This document shows positions 51,253 through 61,897 of a DNA stretch of 64,000 nt, piece by piece. Location of the stretch: positions 96,001 through 160,000 of the forward strand of contig CAVYRJ010000008.1 of the NCBI GenBank assembly GCA_963770935.1, in the 5' to 3' direction. This DNA is from Candidatus Bathyarchaeota archaeon (GTDB lineage: Archaea; Thermoproteota; Bathyarchaeia; Bathyarchaeales; Bathycorpusculaceae). The notes beneath the pieces are model-generated. The model was not told the DNA's origin and did not search any database. It saw nothing but the letters and a program-made list of their open reading frames with translations. Position numbers and translations under genes: made by a program. How positions within the stretch are numbered: the first letter of the stretch is position 1; the number at the start of each line of letters is the position of its first letter.

Positions 51253-53079
51253 TTATTTAGTAGCGGCAACTGGTTTAACCTCCTCTTTATCGACGATTTT
51301 GCGGTAGAATTCTTTTGGTCTGGCGTAGTATTCCGCGATTATGTTAGCTACTTCTTTGTAGCTTCGTATGTTGCTTTTGCGCATCCAACGCAATACTGCT
51401 GTTCTACGATGCAACTCTTCAACAAGTTGTTCACGTGTTATTCCAAGGCGCTCTGAGAAGTTGGTGAGTAGAAAACTGCTGCCCAGATCTACAGCTTGCT
51501 CATCTTTGATGGGGTCCCATTTGAAGGGGTTGACGTTCTTTTCGGAGTCAACGATTTCGTTGACTGAGAGGATTCGGCGGTATGCTTTCTTTTCGCCATT
51601 TTTAACCAGGTGAACACGTTGCACTGACATTATGATGTTCATGAGCGGAATGTATGCTGGTGAAATATCCATGGGTTTCTGGGTTAGACGCCTAATGGCT
51701 GACTGGACGTTTTCAGCGTGCATTGTGCACATGCCACCGTGGCCTGTAGCTAATGCTTGGAACAGAACGTATGCTTCTTGACCGCGGACTTCGCCTACAA
51801 TCATCAGGTCTGGGCGGTGTCTCATGCAGGTCTTGACTAGATCGAATAGTGCTACTTCACCTACATTGCTGCCGCCTAAACCATAGCTTTGCCGTGAAAT
51901 GAGTGAGACCCAGTTTTCGTGGGATAGGTTGAGTTCGGCGGTTTCTTCTATAGTCATGATTTTGCTACCGGGTTTGATGAGACAGCCTAAAGCGTTTAAC
52001 GCAGTAGTTTTTCCTGCAGCGGTTCCTCCAAGAACCATGACTGAGGCACGGTTTTCAAGGCAAACCCAAAGGTAAGCTGCCATTTCTTCTGTGAATGTTC
52101 CTATGTTGATGAGGTCAATTATTGAATATGGATCTTCTCGGAATTTTCTGATTGTAAAAGCTGTGCCAAAGGGCGTGATTTCTCTTCTGTAAGCTACAGC
52201 TAATCTGTGTTTTCCAGGTAGTGAAGCATCGACGATTGGGAAAGCGCTGCTAACATGTTTGCCTGACATGTGAACTAATTTTACTACAAGATTGTCAAGG
52301 TCCTCGTCGCTTTCAAATTGAAGGTTAGTTTCTATGCTTTCGAACCCACGATGCCAAATGTAAACAGGCTTGTTTACTCCGTCGCAGGATATGTCTTCTA
52401 TGTTGGGGTCACGCATTAACGGGTCAATTTTGCCAAAACCGACTAAGTCGCGTTCTGCATGATAGAGAATTTTGTACCACGAAACGTCAGGAAGCCAGCC
52501 CATGCTGATTCTGTATTTGTCGACAATTTTTTTGGCTTCTTCGGCAAAGAATTTTCGTGGATCGTTGATTTCTTCTTTGGGTGATTCGATTTCAGCGAGC
52601 AACATTGCGAGGATACGGTTGTATATTCCGCGTTCCATTGGGTCAAGCTGAAGTTCGTCTAGAATATACTTGTTTTCCCCTGTCTTGGGATCTTGAATTA
52701 CCACAACTTGGGCGAAGGGTTCATAGAGTGGATATTTATCAATAATCTTTACGTTTTTTGGCAATGATTTGGCTGCCGGATTTGTTTCAGGTTCGGCAGT
52801 TTTTTCTAAATTTTTGTTTTTTGATTTTAGATTAATTTTAATTTTTGGTAGTTTTATTTTAAAAACTGGCAGTTTTATCTTAATAGCTGGCAGTTTTAGC
52901 TTTTTTTGTTCTTTGGCGGGTTTGGGTTCAGTTGATTTGTGTGTGAGGGAGAACTTGGGTATTTTGATTGATTTTAGTTGTAGTTTTGCTCTGGTGTTTT
53001 GGATTTTTTCTTTGATTTTCTGTTTAAGGTTAAGTTTTGGCATCGTGGGTCGCTTGTTTTCTATTTTGCGATCCCACAC
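51253..53079 (-). CDS. Type IV pilus assembly ATPase (TadA/VirB11/ArlI-like)
   Basis: DPNIEDISCDG, FTIRKF, Walker A GGTAAGKTT, TIEET.EL, RHRPD..VGEVRG.EA, TGHGG..T.HA. Confidence 0.95.
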   Translation of the reverse strand: MWDRKIENKRPTMPKLNLKQKIKEKIQNTRAKLQLKSIKIPKFSLTHKSTEPKPAKEQKKLKLPAIKIKLPVFKIKLPKIKINLKSKNKNLEKTAEPETNPAAKSLPKNVKIIDKYPLYEPFAQVVVIQDPKTGENKYILDELQLDPMERGIYNRILAMLLAEIESPKEEINDPRKFFAEEAKKIVDKYRISMGWLPDVSWYKILYHAERDLVGFGKIDPLMRDPNIEDISCDGVNKPVYIWHRGFESIETNLQFESDEDLDNLVVKLVHMSGKHVSSAFPIVDASLPGKHRLAVAYRREITPFGTAFTIRKFREDPYSIIDLINIGTFTEEMAAYLWVCLENRASVMVLGGTAAGKTTALNALGCLIKPGSKIMTIEETAELNLSHENWVSLISRQSYGLGGSNVGEVALFDLVKTCMRHRPDLMIVGEVRGQEAYVLFQALATGHGGMCTMHAENVQSAIRRLTQKPMDISPAYIPLMNIIMSVQRVHLVKNGEKKAYRRILSVNEIVDSEKNVNPFKWDPIKDEQAVDLGSSFLLTNFSERLGITREQLVEELHRRTAVLRWMRKSNIRSYKEVANIIAEYYARPKEFYRKIVDKEEVKPVAATK

Positions 53080-53223
53080 CTATTAAATATTATGTCTCAC
53101 TACACAGTATTGTCAATCTGTAGAACAAAGATACAAACCACAAAGAAAACCCACACAAACAGCAAACCATTTTTAAACCCACAAAACATGACATACACAA
53201 ACACACCAACGGAACAATAAGCC

Positions 53224-53919
53224 ATGAACCAAACCCAAAAAATCATCAACCAAGCCAAAAAAGAAGGCAGAAAAGCACTCCTAGAATCCGAAGCCAAAAC
53301 AATCTGCACCGAATACAACATCCCAGTCACTAAATTTAGCCTCGCAAAAAACGAAAAACAAGCCGCATCACAAGCAGACCAAATCGGCTACCCCATCGTC
53401 CTAAAAATCGTCTCCCCAGACATAATCCACAAAACCGAAGCAGGCGGAGTAATGGTTAACCTCAAAAACGCCGCTGAAGTCGTCGCAGGCTACAAAAAAA
53501 TAATTGAAAACGCCGCCAAATACAAGCCAGACGCAAACATAGTTGGTGTTTTGGTACAGGAGATGGCACCACAATCAACCGAGGTTATCGTGGGAGCAGT
53601 CAAGGACCCGCAGTTTGGGCAAACCATCATGTTTGGCCTGGGCGGAATCTTTGTTGAGCTCTTAAAGGACGTAAATTTCCGCGTCGCACCAATAACAGCC
53701 GATGATGCGAAAGAAATGATTATGGGACTAAAGGCTTTTCCATTACTAAATGGATACCGAAATACTCAGCCGGCAGATATCGACGCCTTAGTTGCCATTA
53801 TATGCAGCACCTCGCGTTTAATCATGGATTACCCAGAAATCAAAGAACTAGACCTAAATCCAATTATGGCCTACCCAAAAGGCGCAAAAACAGTCGACGC
53901 GCGAATAATACTAGAATAA
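53224..53919 (+). CDS. acdB: Acetate/acyl-CoA ligase (ADP-forming) beta subunit
   Basis: IGYPIVLKIVSPDI.HKTEAGGV, GVLVQEMA, DPQFG..IMFGLGGIFVE..KDV, ELDLNP, VDARI. Confidence 0.92.
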   Translation: MNQTQKIINQAKKEGRKALLESEAKTICTEYNIPVTKFSLAKNEKQAASQADQIGYPIVLKIVSPDIIHKTEAGGVMVNLKNAAEVVAGYKKIIENAAKYKPDANIVGVLVQEMAPQSTEVIVGAVKDPQFGQTIMFGLGGIFVELLKDVNFRVAPITADDAKEMIMGLKAFPLLNGYRNTQPADIDALVAIICSTSRLIMDYPEIKELDLNPIMAYPKGAKTVDARIILE

Positions 53920-54170
53920 GTTACCAAGTTTGGCTGCTTTTAAGCTGTTGCACCTTTTTTCGGTGCCGAGGTTTAACTCTCTCAAATCGAGAAAAGAGTT
54001 TGCATTTGAGGGTTTTGTTCTTGTCTGCTAGAAGAAGAACATGTTTTTTTGCTACTTTGTTTGGTGGGGCTTTGTTTTGGGTTGCTTTTAATTAGCAAAC
54101 CTTAAAATAACAGCAGATTGCGTCTGCTAAAGTCATGACGCGTCTGTTGAAGTCTTGGTGAGGCAGAAGG

Positions 54171-54449
54171 TTGCCTTTAACTGAGAAAGTAACGTTCAAA
54201 ACACGGTTACAACGGGGAAACCGAGTACAAGTTTCCAAGCTTGTCCGATGGCGATTCAAGCTTGAATCTGATCAAACCCTAAAAATCACAGTGAAAGCCT
54301 CCGGTATGGTAGCAGTCAGCGAAAGCTTCTATGCACAAATGGGCAAAGACGGACGAGTAGTCGTACCCAAACTCGTTTTGGATCTGCTAAAACGTATCAA
54401 TCCAAACCTAGTTGGCTCTACTATGGAAGTAACACTTGAACCCTCATAA
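54171..54449 (+). CDS. Tandem AbrB/MraZ-like swapped-hairpin DNA-binding protein
   Basis: Two repeats: LQRGNRVQVSKLVR...L..DQ.LKITV and MGKDGRVVVPKL........GS.MEVTL. Confidence 0.7.
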   Translation: MPLTEKVTFKTRLQRGNRVQVSKLVRWRFKLESDQTLKITVKASGMVAVSESFYAQMGKDGRVVVPKLVLDLLKRINPNLVGSTMEVTLEPS

Positions 54450-54574
54450 GACCCTGCCACACAGGTTATTTAGATTAATTCCTTTAAGTTAGTTACTTGT
54501 TACATTCGCTTTAGAATTGCGTGCTGTTCGAATCGTCTCAAAAAATTGATGGTATAAAAAGATAGTATAAGCGC

Positions 54575-54980
54575 TCAGAACTGCTCGATGTTGTTTTCTA
54601 CCGCGAAAGGCTCCAATTTAGCCGTTTTAAGGTAGGGTTTTTTGTGCATAAAATTTGGTATTTTTGAAATTAATGTCTTTTTGCTTCGATTCTCCAAAGC
54701 GATATTGAAAGCTGTAGTTAAAACAGAGTAGGCAATCACCATTCCACCAACAAATTTTAAAATATTTGAGATAGGCTGATAGAATGTGATAAGGCTTAAA
54801 CTTTCGGCTGAAATTGTCCGTTCCAAACCCGCCTTATCAATATTTAGTGTCGCCTGATTTAGTTGCTACTTTTAGTTCTGAAATGCCTGATTCTGGAATC
54901 CACACTAAAATAAACCCAAGAAGCAAAACCAGAGTACCGATTAAAAACAGTACTTTAAAAGTTAATTTAAGGTCAGTCAT
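54575..54980 (-). CDS. Two-TM hypothetical membrane protein, frameshift at ~54850
   Basis: ATG at 54980 gives MTDLKLTFKVLFLIGTLVLLLGFILVWIP, joining ORF 54575..54826 which has a second TM helix. Confidence 0.5.
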
Positions 54981-55411
54981 ACTCACTCACAGCCATAGAT
55001 TGTTTATTAATATATGAGATACGGAATATATAAGATTTGCAATCAACTTAGTGGCGCAGTTTGCCTTCCACTCTCGTTTGTCTTTCTTCTGACCAGACAT
55101 GTGATGTTGTTATGTCTTTTGTGTTTGGTTAATAGGTTTAGTGTAGCCTTAAGTTACTTGTTAACCTAAACGCATAACAAGAGCAGAAAAATCGTTATCT
55201 TTTTAAGCTTCCTGTCCTACGGCGCTTTTTTTGTTTTAATAGTTATCATTAGGTTTGCAGGAAAGTTGCAATTTTAGGGGGTAGGCTGCGTTGGATTTGG
55301 CTGTTTTGGGTTCTGAATTGAATTTGCTTTATGAATTGAGCTTCTCCTTTGCTATGTTTCTGAAGGACTGTTTTTTGTCTGTTGGGAAAGCTCCAATCGG
55401 GGCTGTTTAGT

Positions 55412-56193
55412 TTATTTTAGGGTTTGCACCAATTCTTTTAAGGGTGAAAGCGCCCTTTGATTTTCTTTCTCAATTCTTGCAACTAATTTAGCAAAAAGCT
55501 TCTCCAAATTATCGTTGTGTAAATCACCCGTTCCTTTTAAAGAGGAGAGTTGGTAGCCAAATTCTTTTTCGAATGCTTCGCGCAAGAAATCTTCTTCTAA
55601 CCGACGAAAATTTTTGAGGGTTAGTTCAATTTCTTCGGCTTTATCCCCGCTGTCAATCATGCTTTTTTTAACCCAGTTTAGGTTCGGCAGTTTATCTATT
55701 TCCATAGTTGACGCTAGCTGCCAACACTATTGCTCGGAAAACATCAAGCCCATAGTGCTCTTTTAGCCAGTTAATTTGCTTGAAAATTGGAAGGTCTTGT
55801 TGTTTGCCACAATTTTCTAAAAAGATTTGCTAATGTGTTCAGTTTCAAGGGCTGAATTTTTTTGGTTATTATTTCGTTGGCTTTGTTGGGAGAATAATTG
55901 TAGATGTTGTCTGTGAAAAAATCGTTGGGTTGGGGGTTTATTGAGTTTAGGTAGGTTAGGGTGCCTTTGAAGGTTAAGCTGTAGATTTTCTTTTCTTTTC
56001 CGCCTTTTTTGGATGGTTCGGTCCTGATCTGTTTTATGATACCTTCGTTTTGTAGGGGTTTTAGTGTTCTTAGGATGGTTCGGTAGCTGAGTTTTGTTTC
56101 TTTTGGCATTTTGTATTGTCCTAGTTCGGGGTTTTTGATTAGTGCTTTGATTATTTTTAGCTCGGGTTTGGTTGTTTCTTCTGTTGGCTCCAA
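55412..56193 (-). CDS. Winged-HTH (MarR/PadR-like) regulator, probably frameshifted (~55790)
   Basis: ELKIIKAL...LSYRTILRTLKPL...GII......KKGG.EKKIYSLT.KG; ORF 55412..55705 is the likely C-terminus. Confidence 0.65.
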
Positions 56194-56382
56194 TGTGACA
56201 TCACAAGTCGTATTATGACCTAAGATGCTTATAAGTTTTGCAGTTGCAAATCAAGCAAAGAAGAGGGGAAAACTCTCACGATTAAGAAAAATAGAAACCT
56301 TAGGTGCACTCAAGCGAGCGACCGCCGAAAGCACATCAGACAAAGATTTTGGTGAACTTATGCATCAGGAGTGGATGGTTAA

Positions 56383-56776
56383 ATGGATGTCGTAGGAAGA
56401 CGTTTGGAGCTGCTAAAACTTGAAGGCTTAGGTTTAACCCAGATTGAAATTGTTAAACAGCTAAGCCAAAAAGCAGGGTGCGCTGAGCGTACACTCTACA
56501 ATGATTTTGAGACCCGTGCCAGTTGGCAGCCTATTTTGCAGAGCGTAATTAAACCTGAAGATGTACTTTTGAAGATAACCAATCGGTATGAGCAGATTTA
56601 TCGCCAGGCAAGTCTACGCGTCCTCTCATCACCCAATCCGCTTGGTGCAGCTTGGTGCCCTAAACACGATGGCGAAGGTGAATTCTTTGATGTTTGAAAC
56701 GTTGGTTTTGCCTGATCTATTGTGTAGGTTAAGGGTTTTGGAGCAGAAGGCGGCGCGGGGGGTTTTTGTACCTTGA
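56383..56776 (+). CDS. HTH-containing helical protein (terminase small subunit-like architecture), frameshift at ~56640
   Basis: RR..LLKL...GLTQ.EIVKQLSQK.GC.ERTLYND HTH; joins the end of ORF 56588..56776. Confidence 0.55.
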
Positions 56777-57288
56777 AAAATGAGCGTTTGTTTAGGCGGG
56801 TTGAGAGCTTAAGTGAGAAACTTGCAGATAAGACCTCTGGAAACCTCGTGCATATTGATTTTGATTCGTTCTCTGAGGAAGAGAAGCATCTGTTTCGTAA
56901 GGTTGATGAGATAGAGGAGAAATTTCTTCAAACTGGATCTATGGAGCCTGCGGCTGAGAATTTTGAGTTGATTTACAAGAATCTCGAAGTGATCCTGAGG
57001 CGAGTTAGAGAGATGTATTGCTATGTTGTTCCCATGGTATTAGGAAGTGACGGAACAAAGGAAATTGTTGAGCATTTCTTTAAGTTGCATTTCTACAATT
57101 TTGAAGCTGACCTAACAGAATGCTTAAAGAAGGTACGAACCTGGACAGAGAAAGAACAAAGAGATTTCCTCTCTGATCTGCAGAAGAACGGACCCTGCTT
57201 GTTTAGAATACCGCGAGGCTTCAATGATTCCAATCAAGAGATGGAAAAAAGCAATTTAAAAAATGGTGGTGAATCCAACCAAGGCTAG
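56773..57288 (+). CDS. Hypothetical protein
   Basis: 171-aa ORF whose TTG start overlaps the upstream TGA. Confidence 0.6.
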   Translation: MKNERLFRRVESLSEKLADKTSGNLVHIDFDSFSEEEKHLFRKVDEIEEKFLQTGSMEPAAENFELIYKNLEVILRRVREMYCYVVPMVLGSDGTKEIVEHFFKLHFYNFEADLTECLKKVRTWTEKEQRDFLSDLQKNGPCLFRIPRGFNDSNQEMEKSNLKNGGESNQG

Positions 57289-57436
57289 ATGATAGTTGGT
57301 AGCTTGTTTTAGTTTAAAGCTATAGGTAGCTAGCTAGTTACGTCTACTATTTTCGTAATTGTTACTACGTTATTTGGTGTCCAAACGTTTTTCCTTCTTG
57401 GAAAACGGGACAATCCAAAAGAGATTGAAGATAAAC

Positions 57437-57862
57437 ATGGCAAGAGAATTCACACAAGAGCACATAATGAAAATCTGCCTACCCCCAGAACTGTACCTAG
57501 CAGTAATCAACTACCAAGCACAAAAAGAGTTAGGCAAATCCTACGCAGGACTGCTACTAGTAACCAAAGCAGCATACCAAGAAAAACTAATCAGCAGGGA
57601 AGTTTACGAAAAATATCTTTACCGATACTCACGCAAGCTTGTACCAGAAGAAGAACCGCAGATATTAACAAATGAACAACAAAAAGAAAAACAAAAATTA
57701 GACGAAAAAGCAAGAACCTTCGACAGTCTACCAAGTCAATGGGACATTCATCCTGACCAAGAGTGGCGTCGACGATGGATAAATGAGGCAGAAAAGTGGC
57801 AAGATACGATCCCAGAAGCAAAAGAATTTCTAAAAAAAGTCGGTCCCAAAACTCTTCCTTAA
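57437..57862 (+). CDS. Hypothetical protein (possible RHH-like N-terminus)
   Basis: MAREFTQEHIMKICLPPELYLAVINYQA; charged helical C-terminus. Confidence 0.55.
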   Translation: MAREFTQEHIMKICLPPELYLAVINYQAQKELGKSYAGLLLVTKAAYQEKLISREVYEKYLYRYSRKLVPEEEPQILTNEQQKEKQKLDEKARTFDSLPSQWDIHPDQEWRRRWINEAEKWQDTIPEAKEFLKKVGPKTLP

Positions 57863-58250
57863 ATAAACTTGATGTCAGGTTTCAAACGGGTAATAGTCCC
57901 TATACTAGATGTTGTTGTCTTGATTTCCACTTGACCGCTCTCCTTCTTAATCGTCAGCTAATTCGATGGTAACGTAGCCCATCTTTAAAGCAAAGGTAAA
58001 ACCCAATTATCAATAACACCACTACCTTGTTGAGATCTAAATGTTTGAGCAGAAAACTGAATGGTTCTTTTTGACGACGAGAGGATTAGCTTCAGGGAAT
58101 TCAATGATTGCGCCAATTTATCTGTAAATTCTTCCTTGTAGCGCTATAGGGTGGAATTCAACCAAAAGTTTTATCATTACACCAATCAATGAAATACTTG
58201 ATCGAGGCTTTGAAGGAGTTTACTCACCAGAACTTTAACGAGGTTAAAAA

Positions 58251-59121
58251 GTGAAGTTTTCAAAGATAATTAGGCATAGCCCTTGGCAATTTCTCTTTTT
58301 CGGGAGGCTATTGGCGATAAGGTTTAATAGTTTACAGTATTGCTCCTCCTTGGGATTGTGCCGTTTTGGAAATTTAGATAACGCAAAATACGCATTTGAT
58401 GTTTTTATTCAGCATTTCCAAAATTTTAGGAAATGGGGAAGCCGTTCTAAAGGTTTTGTAATCTCTAGAATTAGGTCCAGGAGATAGACTCTCTTCGTTG
58501 TTATTTACACATTCACTTGGAGGGTCATTCTGTTATTTAAACGACGTAAACAAATTTGCGATAGGCGACATAGCTGAATACCGAAAAATAGCAGAATATT
58601 TGTCAAAACAAGGATTATCGCCTGCGTCACTTTCGAACTGTAAGTGCCTAGACGATTTGCTAACTGAATTTCACGGATGGTATGGCACGTCAGGTTTGAA
58701 ATCTTTACAAACGATACCTTCAGCAAGCGTAGACTTTATCTTCTCAAACGCTGTTTTTGAGCACGTTAATAAAAGAGAAGTTTATTCCACTATAAAGGAA
58801 TTACATCGAATATGCAAAAAGGATGGCGTCTGTTCACATACAATCGATCTCAGAGATCATTTTAAGGATTCGTTGAACCATTTAATAATTCCTGAGTGCC
58901 TATGGGAAGCTACGGGTATGAATAGAAGTTTCACAAACAGATTGCTCTACCCTGATTATCTGAATCTTTTCGAAATGGCGGGGTTCAGAATTGTCAAATT
59001 ATTTAAGCGAAGATGGAAAAGACTTCCCGTATCAAAAGAAAAACTTGCAACACCTTACCGCAATTACTCTTTAGACGACCTGCTTATTGAAAGTTTTATT
59101 ATAGTTCTGAAGAAAATTTAG
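58251..59121 (+). CDS. Class I SAM-dependent methyltransferase, frameshift at ~58480
   Basis: Motif I region (LE.GPGDRL) spans the frameshift; SVDFIFSNAVFEHV, ELHRI.K.DG...H.IDLRDH. Confidence 0.75.
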
Positions 59122-59376
59122 CGCTCACCTTGTTGAGGTTCGATATTCTGTAAATTAAGGTTATTTGGGAGCTGCTGATCAGGTAAGTAATAATCTTAAA
59201 CATTCTGCAGGCAATAAAATGGTTAAAAATTACGGGACACTGGATAAAAAAAACTATTGTTTGTCGAGTGAAGGATTGTTTACTTTCTCTGGCATAAGTT
59301 GTTAACTTCTTCCGCGATTGAGGTGATTCGTTGATTCTAAAATCAATTAATGTTTGTCTTAACCTAAAATCGCAAA

Positions 59377-60627
59377 TTACTCAAATCTAATCTTGCTTTT
59401 AATATTAGCCTTATGATTTCTTCTTGAAAACACAAGATACAAAATAGGCAATGCAATTAATGCTGAGCTTGATATTACAATAATTAAGTTGTAAGGCAAT
59501 TGATTGGTTCTACTTAGTCCCGGGGGCGTTGTTTCTGTTGCAGAAGCGTTTGGTGGTGAGGATAGCAGAGGAATTGGACTGGGGGTTGTAAGTTTAATGG
59601 AAGTAGGCTTAGGGGTAAGCCAGTTGTAATATTGATCGGGCAAAACGGAAGGAAGTGGATTTGACGGCAATTTATCGCTCTTAAGTGCCACATTAAAGGT
59701 AAAGTTATTGTACGGATCATCCATAAAACTGCTAGTATACAGGTTGTATGTTTCCACAGACACTTTCATTTTTTCCAAATCGAAGATATAAATTCGTACA
59801 GCAGCAGCTCCAGTTGTTTGCCGATTAAAAAAAATTTCTTCACGGTTCCCAGCTTTTGTCATGTTTGCAGTACCTTGAATATAGTGCCCGTTCATCGTTA
59901 GAAAGACATTTGAGTATTCATCCAAGAGAATTCTAAGATTGCTTTCCCAATCACCTGCTTTACCGTAACCTGCCGTCTCATTCAAATAGCTGTGAGTTGC
60001 GATTACAACATTTGAGTTAGGGTTCTTATCGAGTAAACCTCTCATCCAAGCTATCACTGAACTGTTTGCATGATATTCTATATTTAATATTAGAAAAGGG
60101 TATTCGTCTTTTGTAAACGAAACTGCAGTATTCTTTGAGTCAAAGCAGTCATCGACCCAAAAACTTTGTGCCCTTTTGCTCATAGCATTAAAGGCCAAAT
60201 ATCGACTCCCAAGCCAGTCTAGATTAGGATTACCAAAGCCTACACCTACTCCAAATTGATCGTGATTCCCAGCTGACCAACAATAAGGTATTCCAGCATC
60301 AAGCAAGATACCCATTGAATCATTTGCATTCTTCCATTGGGAAGCATCCGTAGCATTGTCAACGATATCTCCTGTATGAATAACCAAACGGAGATTGTAA
60401 TTTTTAGAGTTGTTACTTATCCAATCAGTTAAATTTTGAAATAGGTAAGGCTGAGTATCTGAAAGATGCTGAGTATCAGTTATTTGCATTAGGCTAAAAG
60501 AAGAAGAGGCAGAGTCGCTCTGCCCGCACACAATAAATGTCTCGGATGAGATAAACTGGCTAAAACAAAGAACAGATAAATTAAGAAGAATAAAAATAGC
60601 GAGCCATTGCTGGGCGTTTATTTTCAT
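59377..60627 (-). CDS. Secreted calcineurin-like metallophosphoesterase with P/T/S linker and C-terminal TM anchor
   Basis: DTQ, HTGDIVD, GNHD, THSYL, NGH motifs; signal peptide; C-terminal TM helix and basic tail. Confidence 0.88.
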   Translation of the reverse strand: MKINAQQWLAIFILLNLSVLCFSQFISSETFIVCGQSDSASSSFSLMQITDTQHLSDTQPYLFQNLTDWISNNSKNYNLRLVIHTGDIVDNATDASQWKNANDSMGILLDAGIPYCWSAGNHDQFGVGVGFGNPNLDWLGSRYLAFNAMSKRAQSFWVDDCFDSKNTAVSFTKDEYPFLILNIEYHANSSVIAWMRGLLDKNPNSNVVIATHSYLNETAGYGKAGDWESNLRILLDEYSNVFLTMNGHYIQGTANMTKAGNREEIFFNRQTTGAAAVRIYIFDLEKMKVSVETYNLYTSSFMDDPYNNFTFNVALKSDKLPSNPLPSVLPDQYYNWLTPKPTSIKLTTPSPIPLLSSPPNASATETTPPGLSRTNQLPYNLIIVISSSALIALPILYLVFSRRNHKANIKSKIRFE

Positions 60628-60732
60628 ATAACACCAAACTATCTTAACTACCTAATTATTTTTTCGCATGTCGATAGACTTGGATGATTTACGCTAATTA
60701 TAAATACTTTTTATGTATAAATCTCGTACCGC

Positions 60733-61668
60733 ATGATTTCAGGCTTTATGATTGTTAGGGATGTGCTTGGACAAGGCTACCCGTTCGTTGAGGCTATCGC
60801 TTCAGCCCTGCCAATTTGTGACGAATTTGTAATTTCGGACGGATATTCTACGGACGGCACGTATGAGGTTTTAGAACGAGTAGCGACCTTAAACGCCAAA
60901 GTTAAAGTGTATAGATACCGATGGCCTGAAAAAAAAGACCTAAGAGTATTGGCTGATGTAACTAACGAAGTGAGAAAAAAGTGCAATTTCCAATACATCT
61001 TCTCAGTGCAAGCAAACGAGATTATTCACCAAGATAGTGTTCCATTCATTAAAGCTTTGCCAAGTATGCTTCCTCATGTTAACACTTTTAGCTTCCCCTA
61101 TTTGCAGTTGCTAAACAACAATAAGCTAACTGAGGAATTTAGGCTACGCTTTTCCAAGAATCTTCCACAAATTGTAGCTATTGGAGATGCGTGGACTCTT
61201 GGTGCTTCCAAATCCTTTGAAAGAGCAAAAAAAATACGGGCTATTGCACATCCTCGAATGATGTCGCGCTATATTTCCCATGGCATAGGGTTCAATTACG
61301 CTAATTCATGCTATGGTCCTCATTCAAGAGCAATCTATTTGCCAAAGCCCGTTTTCAGGTATTGGTCGCTCTTTCCCGTTAGTTTTTTGGAAAAATGTAG
61401 AAAGCACGCAGAACTCTTTGCTTTCCCCGAGTTCCAACAAACGTCCGATCTGTTAAAATCGCAGCTGGACAAACCTGAGGTTTTTTGGAGAGCAGGTTCA
61501 GAATTTCTAAAAAATTTAGAGTTCAAGGAAGCTATACAGTATTCCGAGGAATTCAGGTTCGTTGACAAGAAAGATCATCCCGCCATTATTCAAGACTTTA
61601 TTTCTAATCCTCATGCTGACAAATACTATGTCAGAGAGGAATTGTTTGAATTGATAGAGAAGTTATAG
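60733..61668 (+). CDS. GT-A fold (family 2-like) glycosyltransferase
   Basis: ISGF.IVR.....YPFVEAI.S.LP.CDEFVI.DG.STDGT; QANE at the position of the usual xDE motif. Confidence 0.7.
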   Translation: MISGFMIVRDVLGQGYPFVEAIASALPICDEFVISDGYSTDGTYEVLERVATLNAKVKVYRYRWPEKKDLRVLADVTNEVRKKCNFQYIFSVQANEIIHQDSVPFIKALPSMLPHVNTFSFPYLQLLNNNKLTEEFRLRFSKNLPQIVAIGDAWTLGASKSFERAKKIRAIAHPRMMSRYISHGIGFNYANSCYGPHSRAIYLPKPVFRYWSLFPVSFLEKCRKHAELFAFPEFQQTSDLLKSQLDKPEVFWRAGSEFLKNLEFKEAIQYSEEFRFVDKKDHPAIIQDFISNPHADKYYVREELFELIEKL

Positions 61669-61897
61669 GTAGCGCGCGCAGCTGAAAGTAAGCTGCCGCA
61701 GCCAAGGCATTCCTATTAAGTAACCTCTCTCTTAGAATTACAGTAAGGTCATTTTTTTCTTTTTGCAATTGAGGGCAGATTTTTAAACGTTTTCTTAACT
61801 GGTTCTTTTGGTTAATAGTTCAGGCTGTAACTCAGAAATTTTTCGACCTGATGTAGATTTCCTAACTACATAAACGAATCATTCTTGCCTTAATTTA

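Noticed and set aside
40978-53079. Archaellum operon
   Set aside because: No archaellin, ArlH, ArlF/G or chemotaxis genes; gene content fits a type IV pilus
53224-53919. acdB without an adjacent acdA
   Set aside because: Separate alpha and beta subunit genes are common in archaea
53920-54170. tRNA or att site at the island boundary
   Set aside because: No cloverleaf or T-loop consensus found by eye; tRNAscan-SE would be needed to exclude an intron-containing tRNA
57865-58200. Possible degraded minus-strand ORF
   Set aside because: Interrupted by stops in the frames examined and has no recognisable motif
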